Source: Paraspadella gotoi
Taxonomy: Eukaryota > Animalia > Chaetognatha
Direction: 5' to 3'
Length of the DNA stretch: 64,000 nucleotides
Assembly (NCBI GenBank): GCA_051294375.1
Contig: CM119263.1
Coordinates: 29,443,134 to 29,507,133, forward strand
The position numbers were made by a program, and so were the translations under genes. Each line of letters begins with the position of its first letter. Position 1 is the first letter of the stretch. Positions 33,042-47,400 of the stretch are shown here, piece by piece. Under the pieces are notes generated by a model. It saw only the letters and a list, made by a program, of their open reading frames with translations, made no database searches and was not told the origin of the DNA.

Positions 33042-36000
33042 TTAAATTAGTCCCGACCATCGATGCAAATAGGCCGACCACCCGCCACCCTCGGCGGCGT
33101 TGGCTTGCGTCGATGAGGCGGCCGAAGGCGACTCTCCGCTCGCCACGCTCGACAGAATGTTGCGTTCCTCGGGGGAGAGTTTTAAGAGCGTCGTTAGAAC
33201 GGGGACCAGTTGGAGGCGCTGTTCCGTGTCTTTTGGACGGAAAGGAAAAAAAAAAATAATAATCATAAAAATGGAAAACGTATTTTGAGAAACGAACCTG
33301 CATCCAAAGCGAGAAACTTGAAGATGACGTTTTTAAGATACTCGGTGTTGCTGAGTTCGGATCTTCTATCCGAATTTCTCTCCGAGCGACGGATTTCTTC
33401 TTTTAGGAATTTGCTCTCTTCCGTAAGGCGCGCGTTGGTGGCTTCGCTCTCTCGCAGCAACTCCGTCAGGTGTTGCACCTTAAGTGGCACCAAAAAATAT
33501 TAAGTTTTTAAAAGCTTAGGATCTAATATTGCTTAAAATTAAATTCAAAACAGTAATGATCAATATAAACTAGATTTAAGATCCTTGATTTCATACCTTT
33601 TTGGTGCATGTGGAGAGCTCATCGTGGAGAGTCTTTAACGTGACCTCCTCCGTCGGCCAAATCGGCTTCTTCGACGAAGATGTGGGTTCGACGGTCGAAA
33701 ACGTCGGCGAATTCAAGAGTTGATCGAAGGGAACGAAGGACGAGTGTCCCAACTGGATTGAAGGGGGGGGGAAAGAGAAAAGGGAAAAGAAAACTTAAAA
33801 ACAAAAAGTCATCCAAGACAAAAAGCTAGCCTATCATTCTGCGAAATTCAAATTAGATTTAAGTATAAACTATCATTGAAGAAAATATAACTATGAAACC
33901 GTTAAATTATGTTGTTATCTAATTAAAAATAAACACCTGACTGGGTGTGGGAGAATTGCACTCGGACGTGTCTGTATGTTCCATTCCTTCTCCCTCTTGC
34001 CGCTCGATGGAGCTGATAAAGGCGGCGCCCCGAAGCAATGCGTCGCCCTCCGTGACGAGATTGGACCCAAAGACGCCGTGATTGGCCGATTGATTGGTAT
34101 TGGGGTCGGAACCAACGGCGAGCGCAATGTGCAATTCCTTCTGCAGCCGAAAGACTTCTTGCTCGTTAGAATCGGCTGCTCGTTGTATCGCTCTCTTTTC
34201 CACTCGATGCTGCTCCGTCATATTTTCGATCTTGACTCTGTGAGATTCGGCCAACTTCGTCTGCTGCTCGGAGAGTTGCGCGATTGATCTCTCGTAATTG
34301 TTCTTAGACTTGACGCTTTCGAGTTCCAACTCTTTCAGCGCCAGGCGATGCCTCTCCTCCGCCGCGGCGAACTGACGCTGCAGATCAGCGTTGGCCCGCT
34401 GCAGCGCCTCGTGCTGACCCTTGACGGCGTCGGCCTCGTCGATCGTCTCGCGGATCTCGTTCTGCAAAGAGTCGATTTCTAGTTTGGATTCGCGAATTCG
34501 TTCTTCCATTCTCTCCATCTCCAGTTTTTGAGCCTTTGACATTTCCTTGGAGAGAGATTCCGCCTTGGCCTGTTTGAGCACGGCTTGAGCCTTGGACTTG
34601 TAATTGAGCATTTCCTCCTTGAGCGCGGTGATTTCGAGGTGGGAGCTTTGCAACTCGTCCTCGGCCAGTTCGTAGCGAGACTGCAATGTTTTGAAGGAAC
34701 GTTGTTCGCTCTCGAGTCGAGCGGCCAATTCGTCGGAACCGCGTTTGGCCAACGTCGTCGCCTCCACCATCTGGATCTTCAGCGTTTCGACCTCTCGCTT
34801 AAGAGATTCCACCCGCTCTTCGTTTTCTACTTCCCTCATTTGCTTGATATGATCCGTTTCCCTCACCTTTTCCAAGTCAAGCCTGACCTTGTCTAGACTT
34901 GCCTTGATCAAATCGGCCCGATTCGCTTCTTCCTCCTTTTGCGTCTCCAGATTCCAATTCTGATTGGTCAGCGCGGAAATTTTCTCATTACAAGCTTCGA
35001 TTTCCTCCACCAATTCCTGTTTCTCTTTGTCCTTTTGTTCTATCTTTCGATTTAATTGATCGACGGTCTTCTCGTAATCCGAGATTTCCAAATGCATCAC
35101 GCTCTTTTTCTGCGCGTTTTTCTTAAAGTTCTCCAGCTTCGCGTAAGTCGCTTTGTGTCGGGTCTTTTCGTCTTCTAAGGCTTTCGTGAGAGACGCCAAT
35201 TTGACGGAATTGGCTTTACGTTCTTCTTCACTTTCGGCCGCGTTTTTCACGAGCTCTTCGTTTTTCGTCGCCAGTTGGTGCAAACTCGATTCTAAATCGA
35301 CCAACTTGGACTGTAAACTGGAGTTTTCATCCTCCACTTTTACGACCAAATCTTTCAACTCCTCGATTGTTTGGCAATAGTTTTTCACATCCGTTTCATT
35401 TTTAGCCGCAGCTTCTTCCAACCGATGCATCTCGTCCTTTAGGCTCGAAGCTTCGTTTTGTAATTCATTTAAGTCGCTATCTTTGAGATGTAGGTCTTTC
35501 TTGATCCTTTCTAAATCATTATGTGCCTCCTTTAAATTAATGACTTCTCCACTTAATTCCTTTCTTAAATTCTCGATTTCGACGTCCTTACGTCGAACAA
35601 GTTCTTTCATTTCGTTCAACTTCGTTTCTGTTTTTTCATTTTTTATAACTTGTGATTCCGACAGATCTTTAATTTCTTTCATTTCATCAATTTGACTCTC
35701 CAATTCGGCGATTTTATTATATAAATTTGTTAACTCCTCCTTTTGATTTTCATTCGCTTTTATTAAATCAGCTTCGGCAAGATTCTTTTCTTTGATTTCA
35801 CTTTTAAGTAGATAACAAGATTCGACTTGCTCACTTATTGTAGCTTTAAAGGAGTTTTCTTGCTCAATCAATTCTTCGGACATATTAGCTATCTCGTCGT
35901 CCTTACGTTTCTGTTTTTCATATTCTTCTTGAAGCTCACTTTTGAGGCTAAGTACTTCCTTTTCTAACGTCGAAATTTCATCATTCACATTGGATTTTTT

Positions 36001-37266
36001 CTCATCATCGAGATCGTTGCTGTAGTTATCTGTTGGTTTGGTTTTTTCTTTTAGCCCAATATTATAAATTTCTGTCTTTAATGCAGCGATTTCATCAAGA
36101 TGTTCTTGTAACTGCAGATTTTTCCTGTCGATAGTTTCACTTAACTCAGTTACTGCAACTTCTTTCTCTTTTATCACAATTTGAAGTTTTGCACATTCAT
36201 TTACATGTTGATCGATCGAAGCTTTTGAAATTTTATGCTGTTCGATCATTTCATTGGTCAAACGATCAATCTTTTCATTTTTCTTATCTTCTTTTTCTTG
36301 ATCTTTCTCAAGCTCTTCCTTCATTACAGATATTTCCTTTTCTAATTGTATAATTTTTTCATTCAATTCATTTACTGTATCCTCGGTTCGATCAGAAACC
36401 TCTAACCGATTTTTTTCTTCCTCTCTCCTCCGCAATAATTCGACCTTCATCTTTTGAGCCATTGCTTTCAATTTTTGTTCCCTTTCCTCGATACCATCTT
36501 TTTCTTTAGAGACTTCATCAAGTTTCAAGGACAACTCTTGCAACTCAGTTTCTTGCTTCAAACGATCTTCATCTGAAACCCTTTTTAATTCCGCATTCTC
36601 CCGCTGAAACTCTTTTAGTTTTTGCTCGCAAACTTCAAGCGAACTTTGCAATTCGCTCGTTCCATTTTGAAATTCGACTTTCGTCTCTTCGAGTTGGTCC
36701 AACGTTTGCTTCAGCAGCAAGACTTCCGCCTCTTTACTTTTAAGTTCCGCTCTCAAATATTCAATAGAATCGCATTCGTTAATTTCTTTCTTAATCTGCG
36801 CTTTGAGTTTTTCGTTTTCTTCCTGGAGAATTCGAAGCGAATCGCCGTCGGACGCCATCTGCATTTCCAACTTCGCTTTTTCTTTTTCCAAATTTTCCAT
36901 AGCGACGCGAAGGAAATTTTCGTCGGCCGGTGGTTGTTGTTGTTTTTGTTTTTCCTCCAACTGAGGTTTGATCTTGACAAGTTCCTCGTTTCGTTCGTCG
37001 AGTTCCTTCATCACCAGTTGATACGAATCCGTCATCGTGTTCAACTTTTGGACGAGACACTCGTTCTCATCTTTACATCGCGCCGACGTCTCCCGAAGTG
37101 ACGCGTTTTCCGATTCAAACTTTTCATTCTTTTTGATTAAATCGTTGATTTTGGTTTTCATTTGACTCACGTTTATCGCTTGTTTCTTGGAGAATTTTAT
37201 CAGGTCCTCCTTCGAAAGATTGTCGAGGGTCTTCCCCCCGGATTTTTCACTGGAATTTTCTGCCAT
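33042..37266 (-). CDS. GCC2: GRIP and coiled-coil domain golgin (GCC185)
   Basis: Exons 33937-37266, 33598-33752, 33298-33478, 33042-33229. N-terminal LDNLSKEDLIKFSKKQ, long coiled coil, GRIP NTEYLKNVIFKFL...VLTTLLKLSPEE, C-terminal GWSAYLHRWSGLI. Confidence 0.92.
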
Positions 37267-38455
37267 CTTTGAGCGTTTTAGTGAAAGTCCATTAATTTGA
37301 CTAAATTTAGGTCCTTTCAGGAGTTTAGAAAAGTGGATTCACGTGAAGCGTACATGACAGCGAAAAAAAAATCTGAAAAAATTTAAAATGGGCATATTTT
37401 ACGGATGAAAATCGACGAAAACCGGGAAAAAAAAGATATTCCGAGTAAAATATATGAAAAAATGTAATATTAAAACTTTTATAATAGACATGGCAAGCTC
37501 AATAGCTTTCGCCCAGACCAACTTGGTATCCACGCGTGTTTATGTACAACCAGCGACACGACGCGAGAAGTCAACAGTACAAAAGGAAGGAGGAGGATCC
37601 TCGATGGGCCGGGTCGAAAGTTTTTCAACGACTTCATTAAAAAATAGAAACAATTGATAAAAAACTTACCCGATGATTTCGAACAAAACTTAATGGTGAC
37701 GTCGATGGGATCGTCAGCTGAATCGCGTCTTCCAATGTGTTGACGGCCGGACAATCGATCGACGAAGCCAAGACTGTCACTGGCGTCAAATTCTCGCGTG
37801 GCCGAAGCTGTCGTCGTCGGCTTCGCCTCGGTCCAAGTCTTTCCTCGTAGTTTTCCTCTTCCGCTTCTTCCTCCTGTTCGACTTTAACTTTTTACTCCTC
37901 ATCCTTTTACTAGTTTATGATTTTCCCCTAGCGGGACTTTTTCGAACTAAAGAAAAAAGAGGCGGGGAAGAAGCGATGTTCTTTTGGTCGAGAAGCGAAG
38001 AGGGAGAAGCCAGATTCGTCGTCGATGCGTCGTCGTCGTCTCCGTCGTTCTCTTCGTCGTCGTCGTTCTTTTAGCCGTCGCAACTGTCGTCGTCTTCGTT
38101 CTCGTCGTTGTCGTCATCAACACCATGTTTACTCCCGTCTCCGCTTTGTTTACCTTAGAGATTTCGGGCGAATGAAATCAAATCGATTCAAACCCTAACC
38201 ATATTTTCTTTTAAATATATTCTTATTTAATTGTTGATTTCGTAACAACGACGATTACGGCCTTTTCGATTTTCTGTGTTGGAAAAAGTGTTTAACGGTT
38301 AATAGGATGAGGTTATAGTTATTCAACAATCGAGATTCCTCACTTTATTTCTTTAATTCTATTCCTTTAGCCAATCATTCCCTTCCTCCACTAAAAAACT
38401 CAAAACAGCGATGCTAAACTCTCACCATAAACCACGACTAATATGAAACCGCGCG
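37267..38455. promoter_or_regulatory. Divergent promoter / 5' UTR region between the minus-strand cluster and the kelch gene
   Basis: Head-to-head ATGs at 37266 (-) and 38456 (+). E-box TCACGTGA at 37339. Minus-strand acceptor TTTTTCAG at 37373 and donor GTAAGT at 37669. Confidence 0.55.
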
Positions 38456-41400
38456 ATGGACATCCAAGCTCCTCTGCTCGACACGGAAGGGGGCGTGGCG
38501 GTCCTGAGCGGCGCGGGTTCCGGAAGTGCCATCCCTGGTGTGGGCGGCGGCGTCGGCGTCAATTCGGGGACCCCGACGCAGACTCGAAAGGCGGGGCTGG
38601 GGCTGTTGAGCCCCGCCGCGTTGGCCAGCTCCATCACCTCCCAGTTTTCCTCGTCTCCGTTCTCGACCTCGTTGTCGGGCGCGGCCTCCGCGCAAGAGAC
38701 GAGCTCGACCAACATCTCCTCGTGCCAGTGGACCAAAATTCTACCTGCAGACTGCAACTCTGTCAGCAACGCACTTAGCCTTCCTTCGGAACGTATCAAA
38801 CATTGCGCTTGTTTTTATAAAAAGTCTATATACATATTTAGGTAAACGATTCAAAAGATGAAAAACAAAGTAATATGATGACGATGACTATGATAAAATG
38901 ATAATAAAAATTATAATCTGAGGAAATTATTTTTAATGATGTCCTTCTACGTTCACCTAATCACTAAAAGATAGTTTTGAACTCAAATGTTATCCTAAAA
39001 TAGTTAAAAAAGAAATGCTGAGCTTAGAAGCATACATTTCACATTGAGTAGGTGAGAGAGCAAAAGGGAAATGGTCTTAGTGAAAATTATTGTAAACTTA
39101 CAATAAGAAATGCGTATAAACAATTCTTGACATTTAAAAACCTAAATGATGAAACAATTTTATCGTTCATTAGCGGAAAAAACGGCAACACGACGTTACG
39201 TGACCTGTGGCGATTCGACATCCCGACCAGAACTTGGGAAAAGTTAAAATGGACGAGTCGGCCGGAGCCGCGCGGCGTGCTAGACGCCACCATGTCCGCA
39301 TCCAGGGGTCACCTCTACCTCTTTGGCGGAGAGTTGGGCTGGAAGAACCCGGAGGAAACATCCGTCTGGATCTTCAACTTGGGTATCGTTGTTATAATTA
39401 ATACCTATACTACTTTTGTAAATGCTCATTCTCAATCGGGGCACTCATCGTTTGGTCACCAATCATTACCAATCAGAATCGTGCGAATGGACCCAGTGGC
39501 AACCACCCCCGGGGTCACCGGGTCCGACAAATCGCCGCAGCCACTCGGCCGTCGTCTATCACTCCGGACTCTTCGTCTACGGGGGTTACATCGATCTCAG
39601 GGGCTCCAGCGCGCAGTTGTGGCAATATAATCTAAGTGAGATATGACATGCAATGTACTGTATGGCAAAAGTTTGAGTTAAGACAAACAACGACTTAATT
39701 TTTCTTTCTTATTTTTTTTCCTTTTGTTTGTTTGTTTGTTTCTTTGTCTTAACGGAAACTTTTGTCACTCCAAAACTCAACGAAAGAAAGAAATTCCCAG
39801 AATGTAATGTAGTGTAATAACTCTGAGGGACTCTCTCACCCGTATGGCGCTAATTTAATATTATGTATTTTTGTGTAGAGAATCAAAGTGATAAACTGTG
39901 AACTTTTGAAGTTATTACATAATATATAACTATGATCTATGTATTTGTATCACATCATGATACAAGAAAAAAAACGTTTACTAACGACCGAAATATTATG
40001 GCAGTAATATATTATGCATTGGAAGTCACAGTCTCCTTCTATGTCCCTTTCACAGAAACTCCCAGTTGGCGCTGCGTTCATGACGGATCAGTGCAGGGCG
40101 CTGGATCCAACACGGCGTCCAACAATCAACTCGGTAGGTTCTTTCTTTTTTTTTCTTTCTTTCTTTTTAGACTTTTTTTTTCTTTCTTTTTTATTTTTTT
40201 ATTTTTTCTTTCTTTCATTCATTAACTCATTCATTGGTTTATTTTCTTTATAAGGCGGGCAACTCACTTCGACGGCTAGCCCGTCCCCTCGCCACGATCA
40301 CTCAGCCATTGTTTACAATCACTCCATGTGGATCTATGGAGGGATCTCAAACCTTAATTTACTGGTAAGGCGGTAATTTTTAAATTATAGAAAAAATATA
40401 ATTATAAAACTAAATATAAAACTAATTAAGTTTATTATTTGACTTTGTCTTTAAATTAACAAAAGGCGAATTGAAGTTAAATTTAGTATGTTTGTCAGTC
40501 TAAGACTAACTACATCGAACCTAAACCTACGTCTGTCTCTCTTCCCCTTTTTCAACCCTCACATAGAACGACTTGTGGGTGTGGAACTTCGAGGTGACCC
40601 AGTGGTCGCAAGTCTGGTCGGGGTCAGGTGGGCGTGGCTCCCCGCGCGAACGTTACGGCCACTCGGCGTCTCTCGTCGGCTACGGCGCCACGAGGGCGAT
40701 GATGATCGTCGGGGGTCAGCAGGCGCAGTGCGTCTCCCCCGAGACGTGGACCTTTAACTTCGGTCAGGGACTTTCAATTATTTTTTAATAATTTACTATT
40801 TTTTAAAAACAGTTAAAATGTCTTCCAGAGGATGCTTCTTTCTAAAAACTATAGGGATAGGGATAAGGGTTAGGAAAGAGGTCAGGGATTTGATTATCGA
40901 CTTGGTTAGGACTTAAGATTAGTGATTACGGTTTCGGGTTAGGAGATAAGGTTAAAGACGAGCTTGGATTATCTTTCTTCAGCCTGTCGTCAGTGGACGC
41001 GAATCTCACCTGGCGGCGGCGGACGTCAAACTGGCGCCACTCACTCTCCGCTGCCACGAACGGGTCACGTGGCCATTCAGGCCAACACCAACGCCGAGGA
41101 AGAGGACGAGGGTTTCCCAAGAAGGTGAGTGAGGATGAGGAAGAATTATAGTGAACATTTGGCTTTCAAATTAATTCCACCGCGGTTTCCGTTTTCGATC
41201 TCTCTCTTCCTTCCTGGCGCCATTTTCTTTTTTCGCTTTCTTCTTCTTCTTTCTCCTCCTTCTCCTCCTCCTCTTCACTTTTCTTTGTTTTTCCGCCTTC
41301 CTCCTCCGGACCAATTAGAGACCTTTCCCACTTTTCGGTCTCGGGGTCAGCGATGACCAAATCCCAGTCGCACCCCAACCATTTCGAGAACCTCGTGTCT

Positions 41401-44400
41401 CTCGAGCCACTCAAACCGCCCGTCAAAAGTATTTGGGATAAAGTCCTGTCCAGAAATTCAGTCGGGTAAAAAACAACAATCAAAAAAAGTTTTTAATCGT
41501 ATTGTTTGTAATTGTATGTTTCTGTTTTGTTATGGATTACTTGCTTTTTGGAAAATACCGTGATTCACAAGTCTCCATTCGCACTTATAAATGAGTGGGT
41601 TTATGATTTAGTCAGAGAATTGACAGTTCCAGACAACGATTCATTATTAAAAAGCATTGAGTATTTCAATCTGTACGTTCGACGAATTTTTTTTTTTCCA
41701 TTTTTTTTTTTTGGTTTAAGTTTTATCATTGCATAAGCCAAGGAAATAATATTTTTTAAAAGTTCCAACTTTATGATGTTAAACGCTCACGTGAGCTTTA
41801 ACTTTTCTCAGAAACAACAACGGATTCTCTCGAACCGTCAGGAAACAACATGCAATAATCAAGTATTGAGAGACTTTTCCACTTGGGCGCAGACATTTTA
41901 GTTTTCAAGATATTCAAATAGTCCACATTAGTTAAATATATCAAATTGCTGAGCCCATTAAAAAAAACGCCGCCGCAGTTTTTAATAAATAATCAACATC
42001 AACTTAATCAATTTAAGCATGATAGTAAAAAACAGTCTAGTCGCATGTAATAGTTTTTTTTAACAAATACTTTGTTAGGCTCCAAACATTCGTAGGTTTA
42101 ATCCACAAAAATTTTGCCGTCAACTCAAAAATAAAAGGGAATGACGGTAGGTAAGGTACTCACTACTAATAGGCATAACGCTCAGGTAATCTTAACCGTT
42201 GCTTTGAATAAGCGTCTTAGTTTTTGAGGGTCAAAAATTTGTGGATGAAGTTTTTTCATAAAGTCACAACGAATACGCGACAGAGATGAAGTCAACGCGA
42301 CGCGCGAGTTTTTCTTTTTTATCTTTTTATTGCAAACGAACAAACAAATTCGATCGATTAAAACGAAAAAAAAAGGGATCAAAATACGCTGCACACGATT
42401 GAGCACCGAATCAAAAATCCACAACCGCAACTGCAAATCTCGTCACTCCCCCCCCTCCTCGTCTGACACTGATCTTTCCAACCTCCCCCCCAAAAAAAAC
42501 TCCTTGTCTCCGCACAGATCGATCTCGGTGCCCGCGATGTCTCAGCGTCCAGGGTCGCGACGATCCCAGTTGTCGTCGTCGTCGCTAGGCAACGCGCCAT
42601 CCCCGCAACTGGCCAAACAGAAGACGCTGTCGACGGCGGATTCGCCATCGCACGGCGCCAACGTCGAGACGAAGACGCCCAAAGCCAAGAGTCCCGGGGC
42701 CAACGAGAAGGCGCCAGGTGCGGGAGAAAAAAACAAAATGGCGACGAAATTTAAAAAAAAAAGAAATTATTAAATGAATATTATTGAATTGAATACTAAA
42801 AATACCTAGACGAGAAGAAAAAATCTAAATTATCCTTCCTCAGGCTTTTCATTTCCGCCGGTGGATATTTTCACTGCGAACGCAGAAGTCAAATCGTGGA
42901 ATAAATTCGCCGCGGGAATGAATGCCTCTACTTCGCCTCACGACTCAGGTAAGTTCTAATTTACTATTTATTAATTTATTTATTTAAATTAAATTAAAAT
43001 CGATTGTTCTATTGCTTCATGATTTTTTTAATGAATAAATTCGTGTATGCCAATTTATTCAATGACTTATTAAATATTCCATCATAAAAGTAAGCCATTT
43101 TAAAATTAATTTGATTGATAGATTGTTCGACTTATAGATTGATTGATTGATTAACCTCCTCCCCATCAGGAACGACGACCGTGGAACTCATCCGCCTCAA
43201 CTCTGGACCTCAAAGTCAAAGCCTCGAGAGCCTCGCGGGTTTAGGGGGCGGAGAGGCGATGGAGGAAACCCCCGCCACTCCCGCGATCAATCAACACGCC
43301 AAAGTCCCTCTCATTCCACCCCCGAAACACACCGGCGGCAGGTGGGTGTGTGTTGTATGTTGTCTCTCGCGTCTTTTGAAAAATCCGTATGAAAATTAAA
43401 TGAATTTATTTCCTAAAAAAAAAAAGGAACAATATTACAAATGTATATGTAAATTTTTCAGAATTATTCTGCTAAAAAGCAAAGCTGTGTGGTTTAAATG
43501 CGGCAGGTAAAAAATTGAGGGTTTTCAAAACGGGTAAATCGCTTTCTAGAAATCAAATTGGTCTTCAATCACAATTTAATCACGTAACTTTTAATCACTA
43601 ATAACATGAAGACAGTCAACGGTTACCAACGACATAAACATTGGAACGTTTCTGTCAAAAGCGAAATTTGGTTGACAAAAAGTAGAGTAGAAAAGAAATA
43701 TTTGCGGTTGTTGCATACAATTTTGAAGCACTTTAAATGTTCATTTGTTTAAAAATTCGTTCATTTCCCTTCAGCCACTTGAAGCGTCAAACCTCGAGCG
43801 GTCGACGAGAGAGACGGTCCAAATCTCGCGAAGGACTCGTCTCCAGAAAATCCACGGGGAGTTGCAGCGCTGCAGGTTGGAGCCTTTGCAATGAGGTCAT
43901 TGGATCCGGGATGATCTTTACGCGTTAATGAGAGTTGATATGACATCCTTGTTGCAGGACTTTTGCAACCCAGTTCCGGATGGTCCTCGAACGTCGTCTG
44001 CTTCAAAGGCGGAGAGGGATTCGGAAAGCTGCAAAATCATTTCAACGCAGATTCGGAAAAGAAATCCGGTTAGTCAACTTCTATTTTGGACAGGAATGCT
44101 TATATTTTTTATTATTTATTTATGAAATTTGTACATACAACCTATATAAAAAAATATTAATTAATTCAATAAACATGCTAGCTTTCAATCAAGACTCTCT
44201 CACGGTCTACGTACAATGTACATTGTTTATTAACTCCCAGTGTGCTTGGCTTCCCAGTCAATGAAGTGATATGATATTTTTTAAAAGGGCCTCTCCCTCA
44301 AATACTAGATAGAGGAATACTATTAAATTGGTACAACCAATATAAACCAGTATATATATTGGACTCAACACTAGCATCAAAATACATGGAGCTGACTGTT

Positions 44401-47400
44401 ATGAAATAGGGACAATCAATATAAAAATTACCCATTCATTTCAAAGTCCAAAGTGTTACGGTTAGAGATTAGGGTTATGGATTGGTTTATAAGTTTAAGT
44501 TTAGGTTAAATATTAAAATTAAAATTAAATTCTGGCATAAATGGGGCGCTCTGGGAAAAGAGTACCAAATCGTGGAAATCGTTTGTCTCTTCTATTACTT
44601 AATTTTAGCTTTGAATTCCCAGGGTTTCGAAATCCTGCATACATGGTGGACAAGGACGCCGAGACGGGAGAGCGGTCGTCGCCGGAGAATCGAACGACGC
44701 CGGCGGGAGATTCCGGCGCCGCCGACTCCGCCGCCGACTCCTCGGCCAAATCCGCCGACGTCAAGTCTTCCACAGAGTTGCCCTCCATCAATGACCTCAA
44801 TCTGCTTGGTGACTTCTTTTTCCTTCTCATTGTCATTCGTTTTCTTAGTCGTCTTAATTTGTCACTGTCATTCACTTTTGTTCTTTCTTTTTTTGTCTAC
44901 TTTATTTGTCATTGTCATTTCGTTTTCTTTATTATCTTATTCGTCACTGTCCATTTCTTTGTTATCCCTCTTGTATTTTAAGTTAATAAAACTCATATAA
45001 TTTCTCCGCACTAAACCACGCTACTATACAACAATTTCTATTTTGAATTTTTTAGCTGACTTGAATTTGAACGATTCTTCCAACGACCCGCCGCTAATTT
45101 CCCTCACCGGAGATTCTAGTCAGTTCGGAAAGAAGTCCGCCCAAAGGTAAGTTCACTTCTGCATTAAAAAATGTTTTAAAAATGTAATCGTTTGTCGAGA
45201 CGGAATTGAAAAGAAGTTGCTACAATTCGAGTCACTCGAACCACCGATTTTCGTCTTTACGACCTTGTCTTTTGTTTTTCACGGTTTGCCAATTAATGAA
45301 ATTGGTTCAACTCATATAAAATTACCCAATACCCATTCATTCAATAAAAATCCCCTGGCTTTGAACCCACGTGGTTTAAGGTTTAAGATTGAATAATTTT
45401 TCAAAACTTGATAGTTGAATATTAAATAAAAAAAAATCCCCATTGCCTTCAGACATCAGCCCTTTTGATTCCATTGTCGTGACCAATCTGACTCCCTCCC
45501 CCCTCCTCTCCCCCCCCCCGCCCTGCTCTCCTCAGTTCCTCCCGCATCCTCTCCTCCTTATCGGCCGCACAGAACCATCCACTGATGACCTCCTGCGCAG
45601 AGGAGCTCTCCGTCGGCGCCGTCCTCAAACCCACGTCCATCGCCAATCAGAACCTCAAATTGGCGCCGCCGACGCCGCACGGACTCGGCGCCAACTTTGG
45701 CGACAAAAAACAAATGAACAACATCAACAACTTCAGCATTCCCGGTAAGTGAGCAAGATTTGATTAATCCATCTACTTTAATTATAAAAATAAAATTAAG
45801 TTGGCTTTAGTTAAGTTAAAGTTAAGTCCGAGTCAAGTTTTATTCAAGTTGAAGTTGCGTGAAATTGACTGGAAATTCAAATTAGCCATAGTTAAGCCAA
45901 AGTTAGATCGAAGCTAAATTGATTTAATGTTACGTTGAAGATGACGTTAAAGTTAATGTTATTGTTATTGTTCTGAACACAAAACAAGGAATGATGAAAG
46001 AAAAAACAATTCTAGGTCAAGTTCAACGATCCGGACGGAATTCGATTTCCAGCGAAGAAGACAACACTTGCGTCCCTTTCGAAGACGACGAATCCAAAGG
46101 TGATGACGATGATGACGATGATGACGATGATGACGATGATGACGGTGAATCTGTGATAAATCAGTAATGATGACGACGATACCATGATTATGACGGTGAT
46201 GATGGAGTTTATTCGGTAATGATGATCAAGATGCTGACGATGATGATGACAATGTCTGAGGTAATGATAGTGAAGATGATGATGATTATGATGATGATGA
46301 TGGTTACAATGGTAGAGTGACCGCCTCACTTTTGTCATTTTTCGTCATTTTTCTATTTCCACCTCCGCATTCAATTCCCACCCTCAGCATCGTCGCGGAC
46401 GAGCGACTCGAGGCAGGACAACCTGCTCCTGCTGGCGCCGGCGGGAAAGTCGCCGAGGACGCCGTCACCTTCGCCGAATTTTTACGTCACCGATTTAGCG
46501 AAGGGCGCTCAGACGAAGCTGCTGACTCGATCGAATACAGGTTGGCGTGGAAGGGCGTTGTGTATTGTTTAGAGTCACGATTGGAATATACATACTTTTT
46601 ATTGACTCGCTTACTTATTGACTGATGGTTAAATTTGTTGACTAGTTGATGAAAAGTTTAGATGTTTGACTGAATGATTGATTCTATAGTTTAATTAATT
46701 GATTGATAGTTTGGTTGATAGCCTAAATTATACATAGATTGTTATTTCAATGATTTATAGTTTTCATAATAGCAGCTTCTTCTCCTCGAATAATGACATT
46801 AACTACGTTTGACCTAAGTATCTATTATTTTTTTAATCTATCGATTTATTAAGTTATTAATAGTTTATTGATTAATAGATTATTTTATTGATAGCCTTTC
46901 CATCTCGTAGGCTCGTCCATCTCTCCATCCTTCGCCTCAAATCGTCCCTTCTCCGCCGGCGAGGATTCTCTTTTCATTTTCGACGTCGACTCCAGTTCTA
47001 ATTCCGACTATTCGCAAGTAGGCGCGCGGCAACCGTTTAATAGTATTTCTTCTCATTAATTTATTTTAAAACCTGAGATAACTTTAAATTTTCATTTAAT
47101 AAGGTAATTTTAATAATAACCTCTTGGTAAAGAGAACTATTTGTTTTGTACTTGATCGCTTTTGAAGTTAATTTTCTTTTGTCTGTTTTAAACTTTAAGA
47201 TGCTAAAATCACTACGCAAACATTTACATTTAGAGAAACATTTGCAATCTCTACAATCCTTTCAAATTCTTCTCTCCTTTCACCGCCAGTACCTCCCCAA
47301 AGAAAACCCTTTCCTTGCTTGTTCCGATACCAAAACGACGCCGACTTCCTCATCGGCGTCGGCGTCGTCTCGCGGGGCCCCGGCGTCTTCGATGGTGCCG

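Noticed and set aside
38422-38799. Minus-strand 125-aa ORF with exon-like borders
   Set aside because: It is the antisense shadow of the kelch gene's first coding exon, whose frame continues into recognisable kelch repeats.
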